62,754 nucleotides of DNA. It comes from an uncultured Muribaculaceae bacterium (GTDB lineage Bacteria; Bacillota_I; Bacilli_A; RF39; UBA660). The position numbers and the translations under genes are program-made. This document shows, in pieces, positions 28,222 to 38,426 of this stretch (positions within the stretch are counted from its first letter, which is position 1; each line of letters opens with the position of its first letter). The notes under the pieces are model-generated. The model did no database searches. It had not been told where the DNA came from and saw only the letters and a program-made list of their open reading frames with translations. The stretch is from positions 1 to 62,754 of the forward strand of contig CAYRXC010000001.1 of the NCBI GenBank assembly GCA_964428195.1, written 5' to 3'.

Positions 28222-28335
28222 TTTTATTTGATAAATAACGCTTGAATTTGTGATATAATAGAATTGTATGTATTGATATACTAGCAAAATATTAAAAGGC
28301 AAAATCAAGTGTTTTTTTGCAAATAAGGAGAAAAA

Positions 28336-30261
28336 GTGGAAAAAGATATAAGTTTACACTACGATTCAAGCGATATTCAGGTTCTCGAAGGACTTGAAGC
28401 TGTTAGAAAGAGACCGGGAATGTACATAGGAACAACGGGATCAAGAGGATTGCACCATTTAGTTTGGGAGATTGTCGATAATTCTGTTGACGAAGCTTTA
28501 GCTGGATATTGTGATGATATTGAAATCACGATCGAAAAAAATAATGTAATTACAGTAAAAGATGACGGAAGAGGAATTCCAATAGATATACACCCAAAAA
28601 CAGGCGTTTCTACAGTTGAAACCGTGTATACAGTTTTACATGCTGGTGGAAAATTTGGTGGTGGAGGATATAAAGTATCTGGCGGACTTCATGGTGTTGG
28701 AGCATCAGTCGTAAATGCTTTAAGCTTGTTTCTAGAAGTTACAGTGTATAAAAATGGAAAAATATATTTTCTAAGATTTAAAAACGGGGGAAAGCCCGAA
28801 GAAAAATTAAAAGTAATAGGTGATTGTGAACTGGAAAGGACAGGAACTTCGGTTTCATTTAAACCTGATCCGAGTATTTTTGAAGAAACAACTGAATTTG
28901 ATTATGAAGTATTGAAGAGCAGAGTGAGAGAATTAGCTTTTTTAAATAAAGGTTTAAGATTTATTTTATCCGACGAAAGAGAAGATGAAAAAAAAGATGC
29001 TTTTGTTTATGAAGGAGGCATTTTAGAATATGTTAACTTGCTTAACAAAAATAGGACTCCAATAAATAGAGAGGTAATATATTTCGAAGAAACAGAAGGA
29101 GATATCAAAATTGAAATAGCATTGCAATATACAGACAATTATACCGAAAATATTTACTCTTTTGTTAATAATATAAACACATATGAGGGAGGAACACACG
29201 ACGAGGGAGTAAAAAGAGCACTAACTAGAGTAATTAATAATTATGGAAAATCTTCTGGAATTATTAAGGGAAACGAAGAACCATTGAGTGGAGAAGATGT
29301 TAGAGAAGGATTAACAATGATAATTTCTGTGAAACATCCAAATCCACAATTTGAAGGACAAACAAAAACCAAGTTAGGAAACATTGAAGTTAGAAAAATT
29401 TCCGATTCAATTTTTTCGAATGGTTTAGAAAGATATTTGTTAGAAAATCCAGATGAAGCTAGAAAAATAATGGATAAAACTCTTACGGCTGCAAGAGCAA
29501 GATTAGCGGCAAAGAAAGCAAGGGAATTGACAAGAAGAAAAGGATTATTGGATATATCCAATCAGTGGGAAAAACTTACAGATTGTTCGAGCAAAGATCC
29601 TTCAGTTTCCGAAATATTCATTGTAGAAGGAAGAAGTGCTGAAGGACCAGCAAAACAAGGAAGAGATTCAAAAATTCAGGCTGTAATTCCAATAAGAGGA
29701 AAAATATTAAATGTTGAAAAAGCAAGACTAGATAAAATACTTGGTAATGAAGAAATTAGAAATCTTATTACCGCTTTTGGAACAGGAATAGGAGAAGAGT
29801 TTGACTATTCAAAACTAAGATATTATAAGATAATAATTATGACAGATGCTGATGTTGATGGTTCACATATTAGAACATTATTGTTGACTTTCTTATATAG
29901 ATATTTTAAGCCTCTGGTTGAAAGAGGACATGTTTATGCTGCTCAGCCTCCTTTGTTTAGAATTTCACACGGAAAGACTCAAAAATACGTATTAAACGAA
30001 AAAGAAAGAGATAAATACCTTTCTACTCTTCAAGAAAATACAAAGTATGAGATAGTTAGAATGAAAGGTCTTGGAGAAATGGACGCAATTGAATTAAGAG
30101 AGACAACTATGAATATTAATACAAGAACTCTTGTAAGGCTTACGGTTGAGGATGCAATTGTTGCTGATGAAACGTTCAGATTGCTTATGGGAGAAGAAGT
30201 TGAACCACGTAGACAATTTATTGAAGAAAACGCGCTAAAAGTAAGAAATTTAGACGTGTAA
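28336..30261 (+). CDS. gyrB: DNA gyrase subunit B
   Basis: [16 protein letters not shown], the [14 protein letters not shown] stretch (a variant of the usual EGDSAGG Toprim motif) and [11 protein letters not shown]-like motifs. GTG start after AAGGAGA. Confidence 0.97.
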   Translation: MEKDISLHYDSSDIQVLEGLEAVRKRPGMYIGTTGSRGLHHLVWEIVDNSVDEALAGYCDDIEITIEKNNVITVKDDGRGIPIDIHPKTGVSTVETVYTVLHAGGKFGGGGYKVSGGLHGVGASVVNALSLFLEVTVYKNGKIYFLRFKNGGKPEEKLKVIGDCELERTGTSVSFKPDPSIFEETTEFDYEVLKSRVRELAFLNKGLRFILSDEREDEKKDAFVYEGGILEYVNLLNKNRTPINREVIYFEETEGDIKIEIALQYTDNYTENIYSFVNNINTYEGGTHDEGVKRALTRVINNYGKSSGIIKGNEEPLSGEDVREGLTMIISVKHPNPQFEGQTKTKLGNIEVRKISDSIFSNGLERYLLENPDEARKIMDKTLTAARARLAAKKARELTRRKGLLDISNQWEKLTDCSSKDPSVSEIFIVEGRSAEGPAKQGRDSKIQAVIPIRGKILNVEKARLDKILGNEEIRNLITAFGTGIGEEFDYSKLRYYKIIIMTDADVDGSHIRTLLLTFLYRYFKPLVERGHVYAAQPPLFRISHGKTQKYVLNEKERDKYLSTLQENTKYEIVRMKGLGEMDAIELRETTMNINTRTLVRLTVEDAIVADETFRLLMGEEVEPRRQFIEENALKVRNLDV

Positions 30262-30271
30262 AGGAGGATTT

Positions 30272-32701
30272 GTGGAAGAAAACATAGTAGATAAAATAGA
30301 AGATATCAATTTATCTTCAGAAATAAAAAACTCTTTTCTTGATTACTCAATGAGTGTAATTGTTTCAAGAGCAATACCGGATGTTAGAGATGGTTTGAAA
30401 CCGGTACATAGAAGAATATTATATACAATGTATGAAGAAGGAATGACACCGGACAAAAAACATCAAAAAAGTGCAAATGCAGTCGGAGCAGTTATGGGGC
30501 ACTATCACCCTCATGGAGACTCTGCAATTTATGACAGTATGGCAAGAATGGCACAAGATTTTACGTACAGACACACGTTAGTAGATGGACATGGTAATTT
30601 TGGATCTGGAGATGGTGATAGTCCTGCTGCTTCAAGATATACAGAAGCTAGATTATCTAAGATTTCTATGGAATTATTAAGAGATATAAACAAAAATACA
30701 GTAGATTTTACTGATAATTATGATGGCCAAAGAAAAGAACCTTCTATATTACCGTCACGTTTTCCTAATATTCTCGTAAACGGAAATATGGGAATTGCAG
30801 TTGGAATGGCAACAAATATTCCTCCTCATAATTTAGGAGAAGTAATAGACGGTTGTATAGCGTTTATCGATAATAAAGAAATATCTGTTCTTGAGTTAAT
30901 GCAGTTTATCAAAGGACCAGATTTCCCGACATATGGATATATTTTGGGAAACAGTGGAATAAAGAAAGCATATGAAACAGGAAAAGGATCGATAGTTTTA
31001 AGAGGAAAAGCAAGGATTATTGAAGAAGAAAACAAGAAAAGTAGAATAATTATAACGGAAGTTCCTTATCAAGTAAGTAAGACAAACGATTTAACAAAAA
31101 AAATCGGAGAATTAATAAGAAATAAACAAATAGATGGAATAAGTGATCTTCAAGACGAATCTACTCTTGAAGGAATAAAACTTACAATTGAAATAAAGAA
31201 AGAAGCTAATGCTAATGTTGTTTTAAATAACTTATATAAACACACGCCGCTTCAAGTAAATTACGGAATAAATTTGCTAATGTTGGTCGATGGAAGACCA
31301 AAAACCTTGGGATTAAAGGATATATTGAATTATTACGTAGAATATCAAAAATCAATAATAATTCGAAGAACAAAGTTTGATTTAGATAAATCAAAAGCAA
31401 GGGAACACATATTAGAAGGACTCAAAATTGCATTAGACAACATTGATGAAATTGTTAAAATATTAAAGAATGCAAAAGATGACTCTAAAGCAAAAGAAGA
31501 ATTAAAAGAAAAATTCAATTTATCTGATTTACAATCAGAAGCAATTTTAGAAATGAAATTAAGAAGACTAACGGGTCTTGAAAGAGGAAAAATTGAAGAA
31601 GAGCTCGCAGCTATCCTTTTGCTAATTAAAGAATTAGAAGAAATCTTGGCAGATTCAAATAAAGTACTTGAAATAATAAAAAAGGAACTATTAGAAATTA
31701 AAGAAAAATATGCTAATGAAAGAAGAACACAAATAGATTTATCTTCTATTGAAAACATAGAAGACGAAGAACTTATACCACAAGAAGAAATTATAGTAAC
31801 ATTAACTAACAAAGGATATATAAAGAGACTTCCTTTGGACACCTATAAGACGCAAAATAGGGGCGGCGTAGGAATAAAAGGAATGACAACAAATGAAGAA
31901 GATTTCGTAGAAAACTTATTGATGCTAAACACTCATGATTATTTATTGCTGTTCTCTGACAAAGGGTTGATATATAGAATAAAAGGTTATGAGGTGCCTG
32001 AGTATAGTAGACAATCAAAAGGATTGCCAATTGTAAACTTATTGCCTCTTGAGAAAGATGAAATTATCACTTCTGTTTTAAAAATTAATCAAATTGAAGA
32101 AAACAGATGTTTGCTATTTGCAACCGAAAAAGGGTTGGTGAAAAGATGTAGCATTGATGATTTTAACAGCATAAGAAAAACGGGCAAGATAGCCATTAAA
32201 TTAAAAGAAAACGATAAATTAATTGCCGTTCTTAAGACTAACGGAGAGTCTGAAATAACAATGGCATCATCTAACGGTAAAATGGTTAGATTCAACGAAA
32301 AAGAAATAAGAATAATGGGAAGAAATGCTTCGGGAGTAAAGGGAATAAACGTTGGAAACGACTCCATTTGTATTGGGGCTAGTGTTGCTGATAATGATAA
32401 GGAAGTTCTTGTAGTAAGTGAAAAAGGATATGGAAAAAGAACTAAATTAGAAAACTATAGAGTTACTAAAAGAGGCAGCAAGGGGGTCAAAACTATTAAT
32501 TCTACAGCTAAGACAGGAAAAATGATCTCGTTTAAAATGGTTAGTGACGAAGAAGACTTAATGATTGTTACTGACTTTGGAATGTTAATTAGGATACCTA
32601 TTTCTCAAATATCATCAATGAGCAGGGTAACACAAGGGGTTAGATTGATTAATTTAAAAGACAACCAAAAAGTATCTTCAGTATTTAACGTAATGGAGTA
32701 A
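30272..32701 (+). CDS. gyrA: DNA gyrase subunit A
   Basis: [22 protein letters not shown] and active-site [13 protein letters not shown] start after AAGGAGGA. Confidence 0.97.
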   Translation: MEENIVDKIEDINLSSEIKNSFLDYSMSVIVSRAIPDVRDGLKPVHRRILYTMYEEGMTPDKKHQKSANAVGAVMGHYHPHGDSAIYDSMARMAQDFTYRHTLVDGHGNFGSGDGDSPAASRYTEARLSKISMELLRDINKNTVDFTDNYDGQRKEPSILPSRFPNILVNGNMGIAVGMATNIPPHNLGEVIDGCIAFIDNKEISVLELMQFIKGPDFPTYGYILGNSGIKKAYETGKGSIVLRGKARIIEEENKKSRIIITEVPYQVSKTNDLTKKIGELIRNKQIDGISDLQDESTLEGIKLTIEIKKEANANVVLNNLYKHTPLQVNYGINLLMLVDGRPKTLGLKDILNYYVEYQKSIIIRRTKFDLDKSKAREHILEGLKIALDNIDEIVKILKNAKDDSKAKEELKEKFNLSDLQSEAILEMKLRRLTGLERGKIEEELAAILLLIKELEEILADSNKVLEIIKKELLEIKEKYANERRTQIDLSSIENIEDEELIPQEEIIVTLTNKGYIKRLPLDTYKTQNRGGVGIKGMTTNEEDFVENLLMLNTHDYLLLFSDKGLIYRIKGYEVPEYSRQSKGLPIVNLLPLEKDEIITSVLKINQIEENRCLLFATEKGLVKRCSIDDFNSIRKTGKIAIKLKENDKLIAVLKTNGESEITMASSNGKMVRFNEKEIRIMGRNASGVKGINVGNDSICIGASVADNDKEVLVVSEKGYGKRTKLENYRVTKRGSKGVKTINSTAKTGKMISFKMVSDEEDLMIVTDFGMLIRIPISQISSMSRVTQGVRLINLKDNQKVSSVFNVME

Positions 32702-32718
32702 AAAAGGATAATTAGGAT

Positions 32719-32734
32719 TATTTCCCGAGAAAAA
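32719..32734. promoter_or_regulatory. degenerate Noc-binding-site-like sequence (14/16)
   Basis: TATTTCCCGAGAAAAA compared with the NBS TATTTCCCGGGAAATA. Confidence 0.4.
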
Positions 32735-32735
32735 T

Positions 32736-32751
32736 TATTTCCCGGGAAATA
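32736..32751. promoter_or_regulatory. perfect Noc-binding site (NBS) palindrome
   Basis: TATTTCCCGGGAAATA contains the 14-bp NBS consensus ATTTCCCGGGAAAT exactly. Confidence 0.7.
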
Positions 32752-32760
32752 TATAAGCAT

Positions 32761-32945
32761 CGATGTTCCACGTGAAACATACAAGCTAGTAACAAAGAAT
32801 CGATGTTCCACGTGAAACATACAAGCTAGTAACAGAGTGTCAATGTTCCACGTGAAACATACAAGCTAGTAACAGAGTGTCAATGTTCCACGTGAAACAT
32901 ACAAACTAGTAACAAAGTATCGATGTTCCACGTGAAACATATATC
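32761..32945. repeat. 40-bp tandem repeat array carrying five identical parS sites
   Basis: TGTTCCACGTGAAACA at 32764, 32804, 32844, 32884 and 32924 (16/16 to B. subtilis parS). Four full 40-bp units plus a 25-bp partial unit. Spacers are near-identical. Confidence 0.9.
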
Positions 32946-32983
32946 ATAAAAATTTATTAAATATAGGTGAAATATATAAATGG

Positions 32984-33012
32984 TTGCATCATTATAAGAG
33001 TTGATATATAAT
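32984..33012 (+). promoter_or_regulatory. sigma-A promoter of the SRP RNA gene
   Basis: TTGCAT, 17 nt spacer, TATAAT. The RNA 5' end is predicted 7 nt downstream. Confidence 0.65.
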
Positions 33013-33018
33013 TAATAA

Positions 33019-33091
33019 GACGTAACAAGCCGTTAATAAAATAGGTCAGGATCGAAAGATAGCAGCCATATTAAGCGGGCTTGTGTACGTC
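33019..33091 (+). ncRNA. ffs: small (4.5S-type) signal recognition particle RNA
   Basis: Long hairpin GACGTAACAAGCC.../...GGGCTTGTGTACGTC. Conserved domain IV GGTCAGG-ATC-GAAA-GAT-AGCAGCC. A T-run (ATTTTTT) follows. Lies in the tadA-dnaX neighbourhood, near where scr sits in Bacillus. Confidence 0.85.
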
Positions 33092-33116
33092 ATTTTTTAA
33101 TTTTAAGGGGAGATAT

Positions 33117-33551
33117 ATGAAAAAATATATGAGGGCGGCTCTAGATGAAGCGAAAAAAGCTTTTGACAAAAACGAAATGCCAATTGGAGCAGTTGTTGTA
33201 TGCAATGGTAAGATAATATCTAGGGGACACAACACTAAAGAAATTGATAATAATCCGATTGGACATGCGGAAATTAATGCAATAGTAAAAGCCTGTAAGA
33301 AAAGAAATGATTGGAGGCTAAATGATTGTTTGCTATTTGTAAACGTAGAGCCGTGTTTAATGTGTTATGGTCTAATATATGAAACGAGAATAAGAAAAAT
33401 ATATTGTTCACTAAAAAACAATAAATTTAATGATCTAGTTAGTAAATTTGCTTCATCAGATAACTGCGTTATTGAATATGGATTGCTTGAAAACGAATCT
33501 AAGCAATTATTGAAAGATTTTTTTGAAAAACTAAGAAATTGTAAAGGATAA
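33117..33551 (+). CDS. tadA: tRNA-specific adenosine deaminase
   Basis: HAE and PCLMC zinc motifs. Start trimmed to MKKYMRAAL after AAGGGGAG. The longer track ORF would overlap ffs. Confidence 0.9.
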   Translation: MKKYMRAALDEAKKAFDKNEMPIGAVVVCNGKIISRGHNTKEIDNNPIGHAEINAIVKACKKRNDWRLNDCLLFVNVEPCLMCYGLIYETRIRKIYCSLKNNKFNDLVSKFASSDNCVIEYGLLENESKQLLKDFFEKLRNCKG

Positions 33552-33599
33552 TTTTGTTATACATGTTATAATAAGTGTACAAGTGCAGGAGGTTTAATT

Positions 33600-35255
33600 A
33601 TGCATTATAGAGCTTTGTACAGGAAGTATAGACCAACGGATTTTTCCGAAATAGTTGGACAAAATCACATTATTAAAACCCTTATTAATACTATAAAAAA
33701 TAATAGAGTAGGTCATGCTTATCTTTTTTGTGGGTCAAGAGGAACAGGAAAGACGAGTGTTGCAAAAATATTTGCTAGAACTGTTAACTGTGAAAACCTT
33801 AAGGATGGGGTTCAATGCAATAAATGTATTATATGTAATTCAAAAAATACTGATGACATAACAGACATTATTGAAATTGATGCTGCTTCTAATAACGGAG
33901 TAGACGAAATAAGAGAAATCAAAAATAAAGCAACCCTAGCTCCTGTCTTATGCAAATATAAGGTATATATAATTGACGAAGTACATATGCTTTCTACTGG
34001 AGCATTTAATGCACTATTAAAAACACTTGAAGAGCCACCACAACATGTTATTTTTATTCTTGCAACAACCGAACCTCAGAAAATTCCAATAACTATTATA
34101 TCTCGTTGTCAAAGATTTGATTTCAAAAAAATATTAGTAGATGATATTCAAAATAAACTTAAAGAAATTTCAGTTGCAGAAAAAATTAAAATTGATGACT
34201 ATTGTATTAGAGAAATTTCAAAACTAGCTGAAGGCTCGTTAAGAGACGCTATTGGTTTACTAGATCAAGTGTGTTCTTTTACAAACGGGAATGTTGATGT
34301 TGACAAATTATATGACTTGGTTGGTATGATGCAAATATCAAAAATTATTAATATTGTAGAAAATATATTTTCAAATGATATCGATAAGTTAATGGATTTT
34401 TACGAAGAAATGGTTGAAAATAGTAAAGATTTTGAGAAAACATCGGAAAAAATACTGGAAATACTTGTAAATTTGATGATATATAAAAATGCTTCAAAAT
34501 ATTTTTCTTCAAAAGATCTGTTTTATAAAGACGAAATAATTAAGCTAGATAAATTAATTAATAGAGAAAGACTGGGAATTGTCATTGAAGAAATGAACGA
34601 ATTACTTGAAAAAATTAAGAAAAGTTCTAATCCAAATATTTTATTTGAAATGTTTTTATTAAAAAACATATCTTTTCAACCAAATTTGGAAAATATTGAA
34701 CAAGAAAATACTGTTATTGTTGATCCAATAGTAAAAGATAAAAACAAAATCAAGGAAAAAACAAAAAACATCATTATTTCAAACACATTAAAAAACTCAC
34801 GTATTAACAATACTCTAGCTTTAGCTTCAAACGAAAAGAAAAAAGAAATAAAAAAAATATTTATGGACTTGAAAACACACTTAATCGATGGTGAAAACAA
34901 AAGTATTATTTCGTTGTTAATGGATTCAGAAGTGGTTGCTGCAAGCGAGAATCATATATTATTAAAATATAAGTATGAAAGTTTAGTTCAAGAAAACGAC
35001 AATAATATTAACAAAATTGAAAAAATCATTAGCGAATTGACAAATGTTAAGTATAAAGTTGTTGCGATTTGTTGTGAAGAGTGGGAAACAATTAGACCCC
35101 ATTATATAGAAATGAAAAATAAAAATGGTAAAATAGAATTGATTGAAGAAAACGAAGACGATACAATTTCATGTAGCAAAGACGAAGAATGTTTGTATGG
35201 AGATATAATAAATGATTTTGGAGATGGAATTATTGAAATGGAGGGAAAAATATGA
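33600..35255 (+). CDS. dnaX: DNA polymerase III subunit gamma/tau
   Basis: YRKYRP, Walker A GSRGTGKT, zinc module CxxC, SRC motif. Confidence 0.95.
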   Translation: MHYRALYRKYRPTDFSEIVGQNHIIKTLINTIKNNRVGHAYLFCGSRGTGKTSVAKIFARTVNCENLKDGVQCNKCIICNSKNTDDITDIIEIDAASNNGVDEIREIKNKATLAPVLCKYKVYIIDEVHMLSTGAFNALLKTLEEPPQHVIFILATTEPQKIPITIISRCQRFDFKKILVDDIQNKLKEISVAEKIKIDDYCIREISKLAEGSLRDAIGLLDQVCSFTNGNVDVDKLYDLVGMMQISKIINIVENIFSNDIDKLMDFYEEMVENSKDFEKTSEKILEILVNLMIYKNASKYFSSKDLFYKDEIIKLDKLINRERLGIVIEEMNELLEKIKKSSNPNILFEMFLLKNISFQPNLENIEQENTVIVDPIVKDKNKIKEKTKNIIISNTLKNSRINNTLALASNEKKKEIKKIFMDLKTHLIDGENKSIISLLMDSEVVAASENHILLKYKYESLVQENDNNINKIEKIISELTNVKYKVVAICCEEWETIRPHYIEMKNKNGKIELIEENEDDTISCSKDEECLYGDIINDFGDGIIEMEGKI

Positions 35256-35545
35256 ATATGCAAGCAATGATGCAACAAGCACAAAAAATACAAAAAGAAA
35301 TAACAAAAACTAAGGAAGAAATAGAAAGTAAGGAATATACTTCTACAAAATCATTTGTTGAAGTAGTTGTTAGTGGTAAGAAACAAATTAAAAAAATTTC
35401 TATTAATAAGGATTCTATTGACAAAGAAGATATTGAAATTTTAGAAGATCTTATAGCTTTATCTGTGAATGAAGCAATTAAAAAAATTGACGATGAAATG
35501 GAACAAAAATTAGGAAAATATAACCTTGGTTCTTTGGGAATTTAA
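35252..35545 (+). CDS. ybaB: nucleoid-associated protein YbaB/EbfC (YaaK)
   Basis: 97 aa. MNMQAMMQQAQKIQKE N-terminus. Conserved dnaX-ybaB-recR order. Confidence 0.9.
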   Translation: MNMQAMMQQAQKIQKEITKTKEEIESKEYTSTKSFVEVVVSGKKQIKKISINKDSIDKEDIEILEDLIALSVNEAIKKIDDEMEQKLGKYNLGSLGI

Positions 35546-35546
35546 T

Positions 35547-36146
35547 ATGAATTATCCTGATAGTTTAAAAAAACTGATTGAAAACTTTGAAAAATTGCCT
35601 GGAATTGGAGAAAAAACTGCGGAAAGGTTGGCTTTTTCGTTACTCAACTTTGATGAAGAATTTACTAGTGAGTTTTCCGAATCGATTAAAGATATTAAGA
35701 AAAAATTAAAAAAATGCAATAAGTGTTGGAATTTGACAGAAGAAGAGTATTGCAAAATTTGTTCTGATAGTAATCGAGATGCAAGTTTGGTTTGTGTTGT
35801 AGAAGATACCAAAAATCTGATATTATTTGAAAAAACAGGAAATTATAACGGATTATACCATGTTTTGGGAGGCTTGATTTCACCAATGAATGGTGTAAAT
35901 CCCGAAGATATTAATATAAAATCTTTATTTGATAGACTAGAAAAAGACAAAGTAAAAGAAGTTATTATCGCCGTTAAACCAACAATAGAAGGAGAAACTA
36001 CTTCTTTATATTTGTTGAAAATGCTAAAAAATTCCAAAGTTACTGTATCTAAGATTGCACACGGAGTACCATTGGGATCGGATATGGAATACTTAGATTC
36101 TTTAACGCTTGAAATGGCTTTAAATGATAGGAAAATAATTTCGTAG
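35547..36146 (+). CDS. recR: recombination protein RecR
   Basis: LPGIGEKTAERLAF HhH, C4 zinc finger and Toprim domain. Start trimmed to MNYPDS. Confidence 0.93.
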   Translation: MNYPDSLKKLIENFEKLPGIGEKTAERLAFSLLNFDEEFTSEFSESIKDIKKKLKKCNKCWNLTEEEYCKICSDSNRDASLVCVVEDTKNLILFEKTGNYNGLYHVLGGLISPMNGVNPEDINIKSLFDRLEKDKVKEVIIAVKPTIEGETTSLYLLKMLKNSKVTVSKIAHGVPLGSDMEYLDSLTLEMALNDRKIIS

Positions 36147-36163
36147 ATTGAGAGGTAACACAT

Positions 36164-37051
36164 ATGAATGGTGACGATCTAAAAAAAATTCTTAATTTGC
36201 TTAAACCTTTTGTCAACAATCTTTCACATGCATACTTATTTGCAACGGATGTCGATTATGATTATGAAATAATAATAAAAGAATTTGTTTCTATGATTAG
36301 AGAAAAGTACAATAAAACAGAAAAAAATGATATATCTGATTTAATTATAGTAAAACCAGAAGGAATGTGGATTAAAAAAGAACAACTGATTGAATTAAAA
36401 AGTGAATTTAGTACAAAAAGTCTAAATTCATCAAAAAGGATTTATATTATAAACAATGTGGATAAATTAAATCCATCATCTGCCAATACCTTGTTAAAGT
36501 TTTTAGAAGAACCAGAAAATGATATTGTTGCAATTTTAACAACTTCAAACATTAATAATGTATTTGAAACAATCATTTCAAGATGTCAAATAATTAATTT
36601 ACAATATATTTCAAAAAACACTGAAAAACCCAATCTGTATTCATTTTTTAAGGAGTACATTTCAAATGAAGAATACATAAAAGATGATTATGGACCAACT
36701 TTCATTAACAAAAGTATTGATTTTTTAATGAAATACGAAAATTATAAAACCAAAGCAATTTGTTTTTCTAAAAAAAATTTTCACACAATCTTTCTAAAAA
36801 GAGAAGAAATCGAAATATCTCTTCAAATAATGGTAATGTTTTACAGGGATGTTTTAAGGTATATTTATAACAAAGAGCCTATATATTTTGATAATCAAGA
36901 AGAAAATATTAAAAATATAGCAAAAACAAATAATTATGTTAATATAATAAATAAAATAAATATATTGAATCAAAAAAAAGAATTAGTAAAATATAATGTT
37001 AATATTAATATGTTAATTGATTCGTTAATATTTGATTTTGAAGGAGTTTAA
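36164..37051 (+). CDS. holB: DNA polymerase III subunit delta prime
   Basis: SHAYLF, ANTLLKFLEEP and SRCQ motifs. Confidence 0.85.
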   Translation: MNGDDLKKILNLLKPFVNNLSHAYLFATDVDYDYEIIIKEFVSMIREKYNKTEKNDISDLIIVKPEGMWIKKEQLIELKSEFSTKSLNSSKRIYIINNVDKLNPSSANTLLKFLEEPENDIVAILTTSNINNVFETIISRCQIINLQYISKNTEKPNLYSFFKEYISNEEYIKDDYGPTFINKSIDFLMKYENYKTKAICFSKKNFHTIFLKREEIEISLQIMVMFYRDVLRYIYNKEPIYFDNQEENIKNIAKTNNYVNIINKINILNQKKELVKYNVNINMLIDSLIFDFEGV

Positions 37052-37052
37052 T

Positions 37053-37835
37053 ATGATAGATGTAGTTGGAATTTCATTTGAAGAAAATAGTAAAATATAT
37101 TACTTTTCTCCAAATCAAATAGAAGTAATCAAAGGAGATAATGTTATTGTAGAAACCGAAAATGGAACACAATTTGGTAGAGCGGTAACAGAAATACAAA
37201 AAATAAATATTGAAAAAGTTAATAAGATAATAAAAAATGTGATTCGAAAGGCTAGCGAAAAGGATGTAGATATTTTTGAAAAAAATTCCGAGTTGGCAAA
37301 GAATGCTTTGAAAAAAAGTCAGGAAATAGCAAGTGAGAATAAATTAAAAATGAACATAATAAGCGCAACATACACATTTGATAGATCTCAATTATTGTTT
37401 AACTTTGTTGCTGATGAAAGAATAGACTTTAGAAAATTAGTTAAGGATTTGGCAAATATATATAAAACCAGAATAGAGCTTAGACAAATAGGTGTTAGAG
37501 ATAAAGCAAAAGAAATAGGTGGAATTGGAATATGCGGAAGATGTTTGTGCTGTAGTTCGTTTTTGAAATCATTTGATTCGCTTTCAATCAATATGGCAAA
37601 AAATCAAAATATGGCTTTAACTCCTAACAAAATAAATGGATCTTGCGGAAGGTTATTGTGTTGTTTAGGGTATGAAAATGATATATATGAAGAATATAGA
37701 AAAGGTTTGCCTAATATAGGCGAAAAACTAAAAGTAAATGATGAAATAAAAAGAGTAATATCTGTAGATATACTGAGCAGAACTTACAGAACAATCAATG
37801 ACAAAAGTGAGGTTGAAGAAACAAAAGCTGATTAG
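37053..37835 (+). CDS. ricT: PSP1-domain protein RicT/YaaT
   Basis: PSP1 C-terminal domain with Cys clusters (CGRCLCC, CGRLLCCL). Follows holB as in Bacillus. Start trimmed to MIDVVGISFE after AAGGAG. Confidence 0.85.
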   Translation: MIDVVGISFEENSKIYYFSPNQIEVIKGDNVIVETENGTQFGRAVTEIQKINIEKVNKIIKNVIRKASEKDVDIFEKNSELAKNALKKSQEIASENKLKMNIISATYTFDRSQLLFNFVADERIDFRKLVKDLANIYKTRIELRQIGVRDKAKEIGGIGICGRCLCCSSFLKSFDSLSINMAKNQNMALTPNKINGSCGRLLCCLGYENDIYEEYRKGLPNIGEKLKVNDEIKRVISVDILSRTYRTINDKSEVEETKAD

Positions 37836-37850
37836 AAAAGAGAGATATTT

Positions 37851-38414
37851 ATGAAATTAATTGTAGGATTAGGTAATCCGGGAATTGCATTTAAGAAAAC
37901 ACGTCATAACGTAGGGTTTATGGCCATTGATTTGTTTTGCCAAAAGGCAAAAATAAAATTTGATCAAAAAAAATTCGGTGGGTTATTTACTCAGACTATA
38001 ATTAATAATCAAAAAATTATGTTGCTAAAACCGCAAAAATATATGAACTTATCCGGTGAAATAATAAAACAATTTATTGATTACTATAATATTCCTATTG
38101 ATGAAATACTAGTTATTCATGATGATATGGACATTGAATTGGGCAAAATAAAACTAAAATTGTCTGGTAGCAGTGGTGGTCATAATGGGTTAAAAAACAT
38201 TGAGGAAAACATAAAAACTGCAAATTACAAAAGATTAAAAGTAGGAATTTCAAAGTCCCTAAACTATGACTCAAAGGATTATGTATTAGGAAAATTTACT
38301 AAAGAAGAAGCCACTAAGATAACAGAAATCATGGAAGTTGTAGTTTGTGCTATAAACGATTATATTAATATGGATTTTGTTAATTTAATGAATAAATATA
38401 ATAAGAAACAATAA
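37851..38414 (+). CDS. pth: peptidyl-tRNA hydrolase
   Basis: MKLIVGLGNPG...TRHNVGF and GGHNGLK motifs. Confidence 0.95.
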   Translation: MKLIVGLGNPGIAFKKTRHNVGFMAIDLFCQKAKIKFDQKKFGGLFTQTIINNQKIMLLKPQKYMNLSGEIIKQFIDYYNIPIDEILVIHDDMDIELGKIKLKLSGSSGGHNGLKNIEENIKTANYKRLKVGISKSLNYDSKDYVLGKFTKEEATKITEIMEVVVCAINDYINMDFVNLMNKYNKKQ

Positions 38415-38426
38415 GTTTGGTGTAAA

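Noticed and set aside
32720-32750. The NBS palindromes might simply be the gyrA terminator hairpin (ATTTCCCG...CGGGAAAT).
   Set aside because: The hairpin is possible, but no U-tract follows it (ATATATAAGCAT). The second element is also an exact 16/16 match to the NBS. I cannot fully exclude a dual role.
32605-32820. A 71-aa minus-strand ORF spans the gyrA 3' end and the first repeats.
   Set aside because: It overlaps gyrA in antisense and runs through the NBS and parS repeats. It has no RBS and is an artefact of the repeat sequence.
32761-32945. The regular 40-bp repeat array could be taken for a small CRISPR array.
   Set aside because: The segments between the conserved cores are nearly identical to each other, so they are not unique spacers. 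The core is a palindromic parS site. There are no cas genes or leader in the window.
34850-34856. An in-frame slippery heptamer A AAA AAA in dnaX could give a -1 frameshifted gamma subunit, with the -1 frame hitting a stop about 12 codons later.
   Set aside because: A-runs are very common in this AT-rich genome. I saw no downstream stimulatory hairpin or upstream SD-like element. Programmed dnaX frameshifting is not established for Bacillota.
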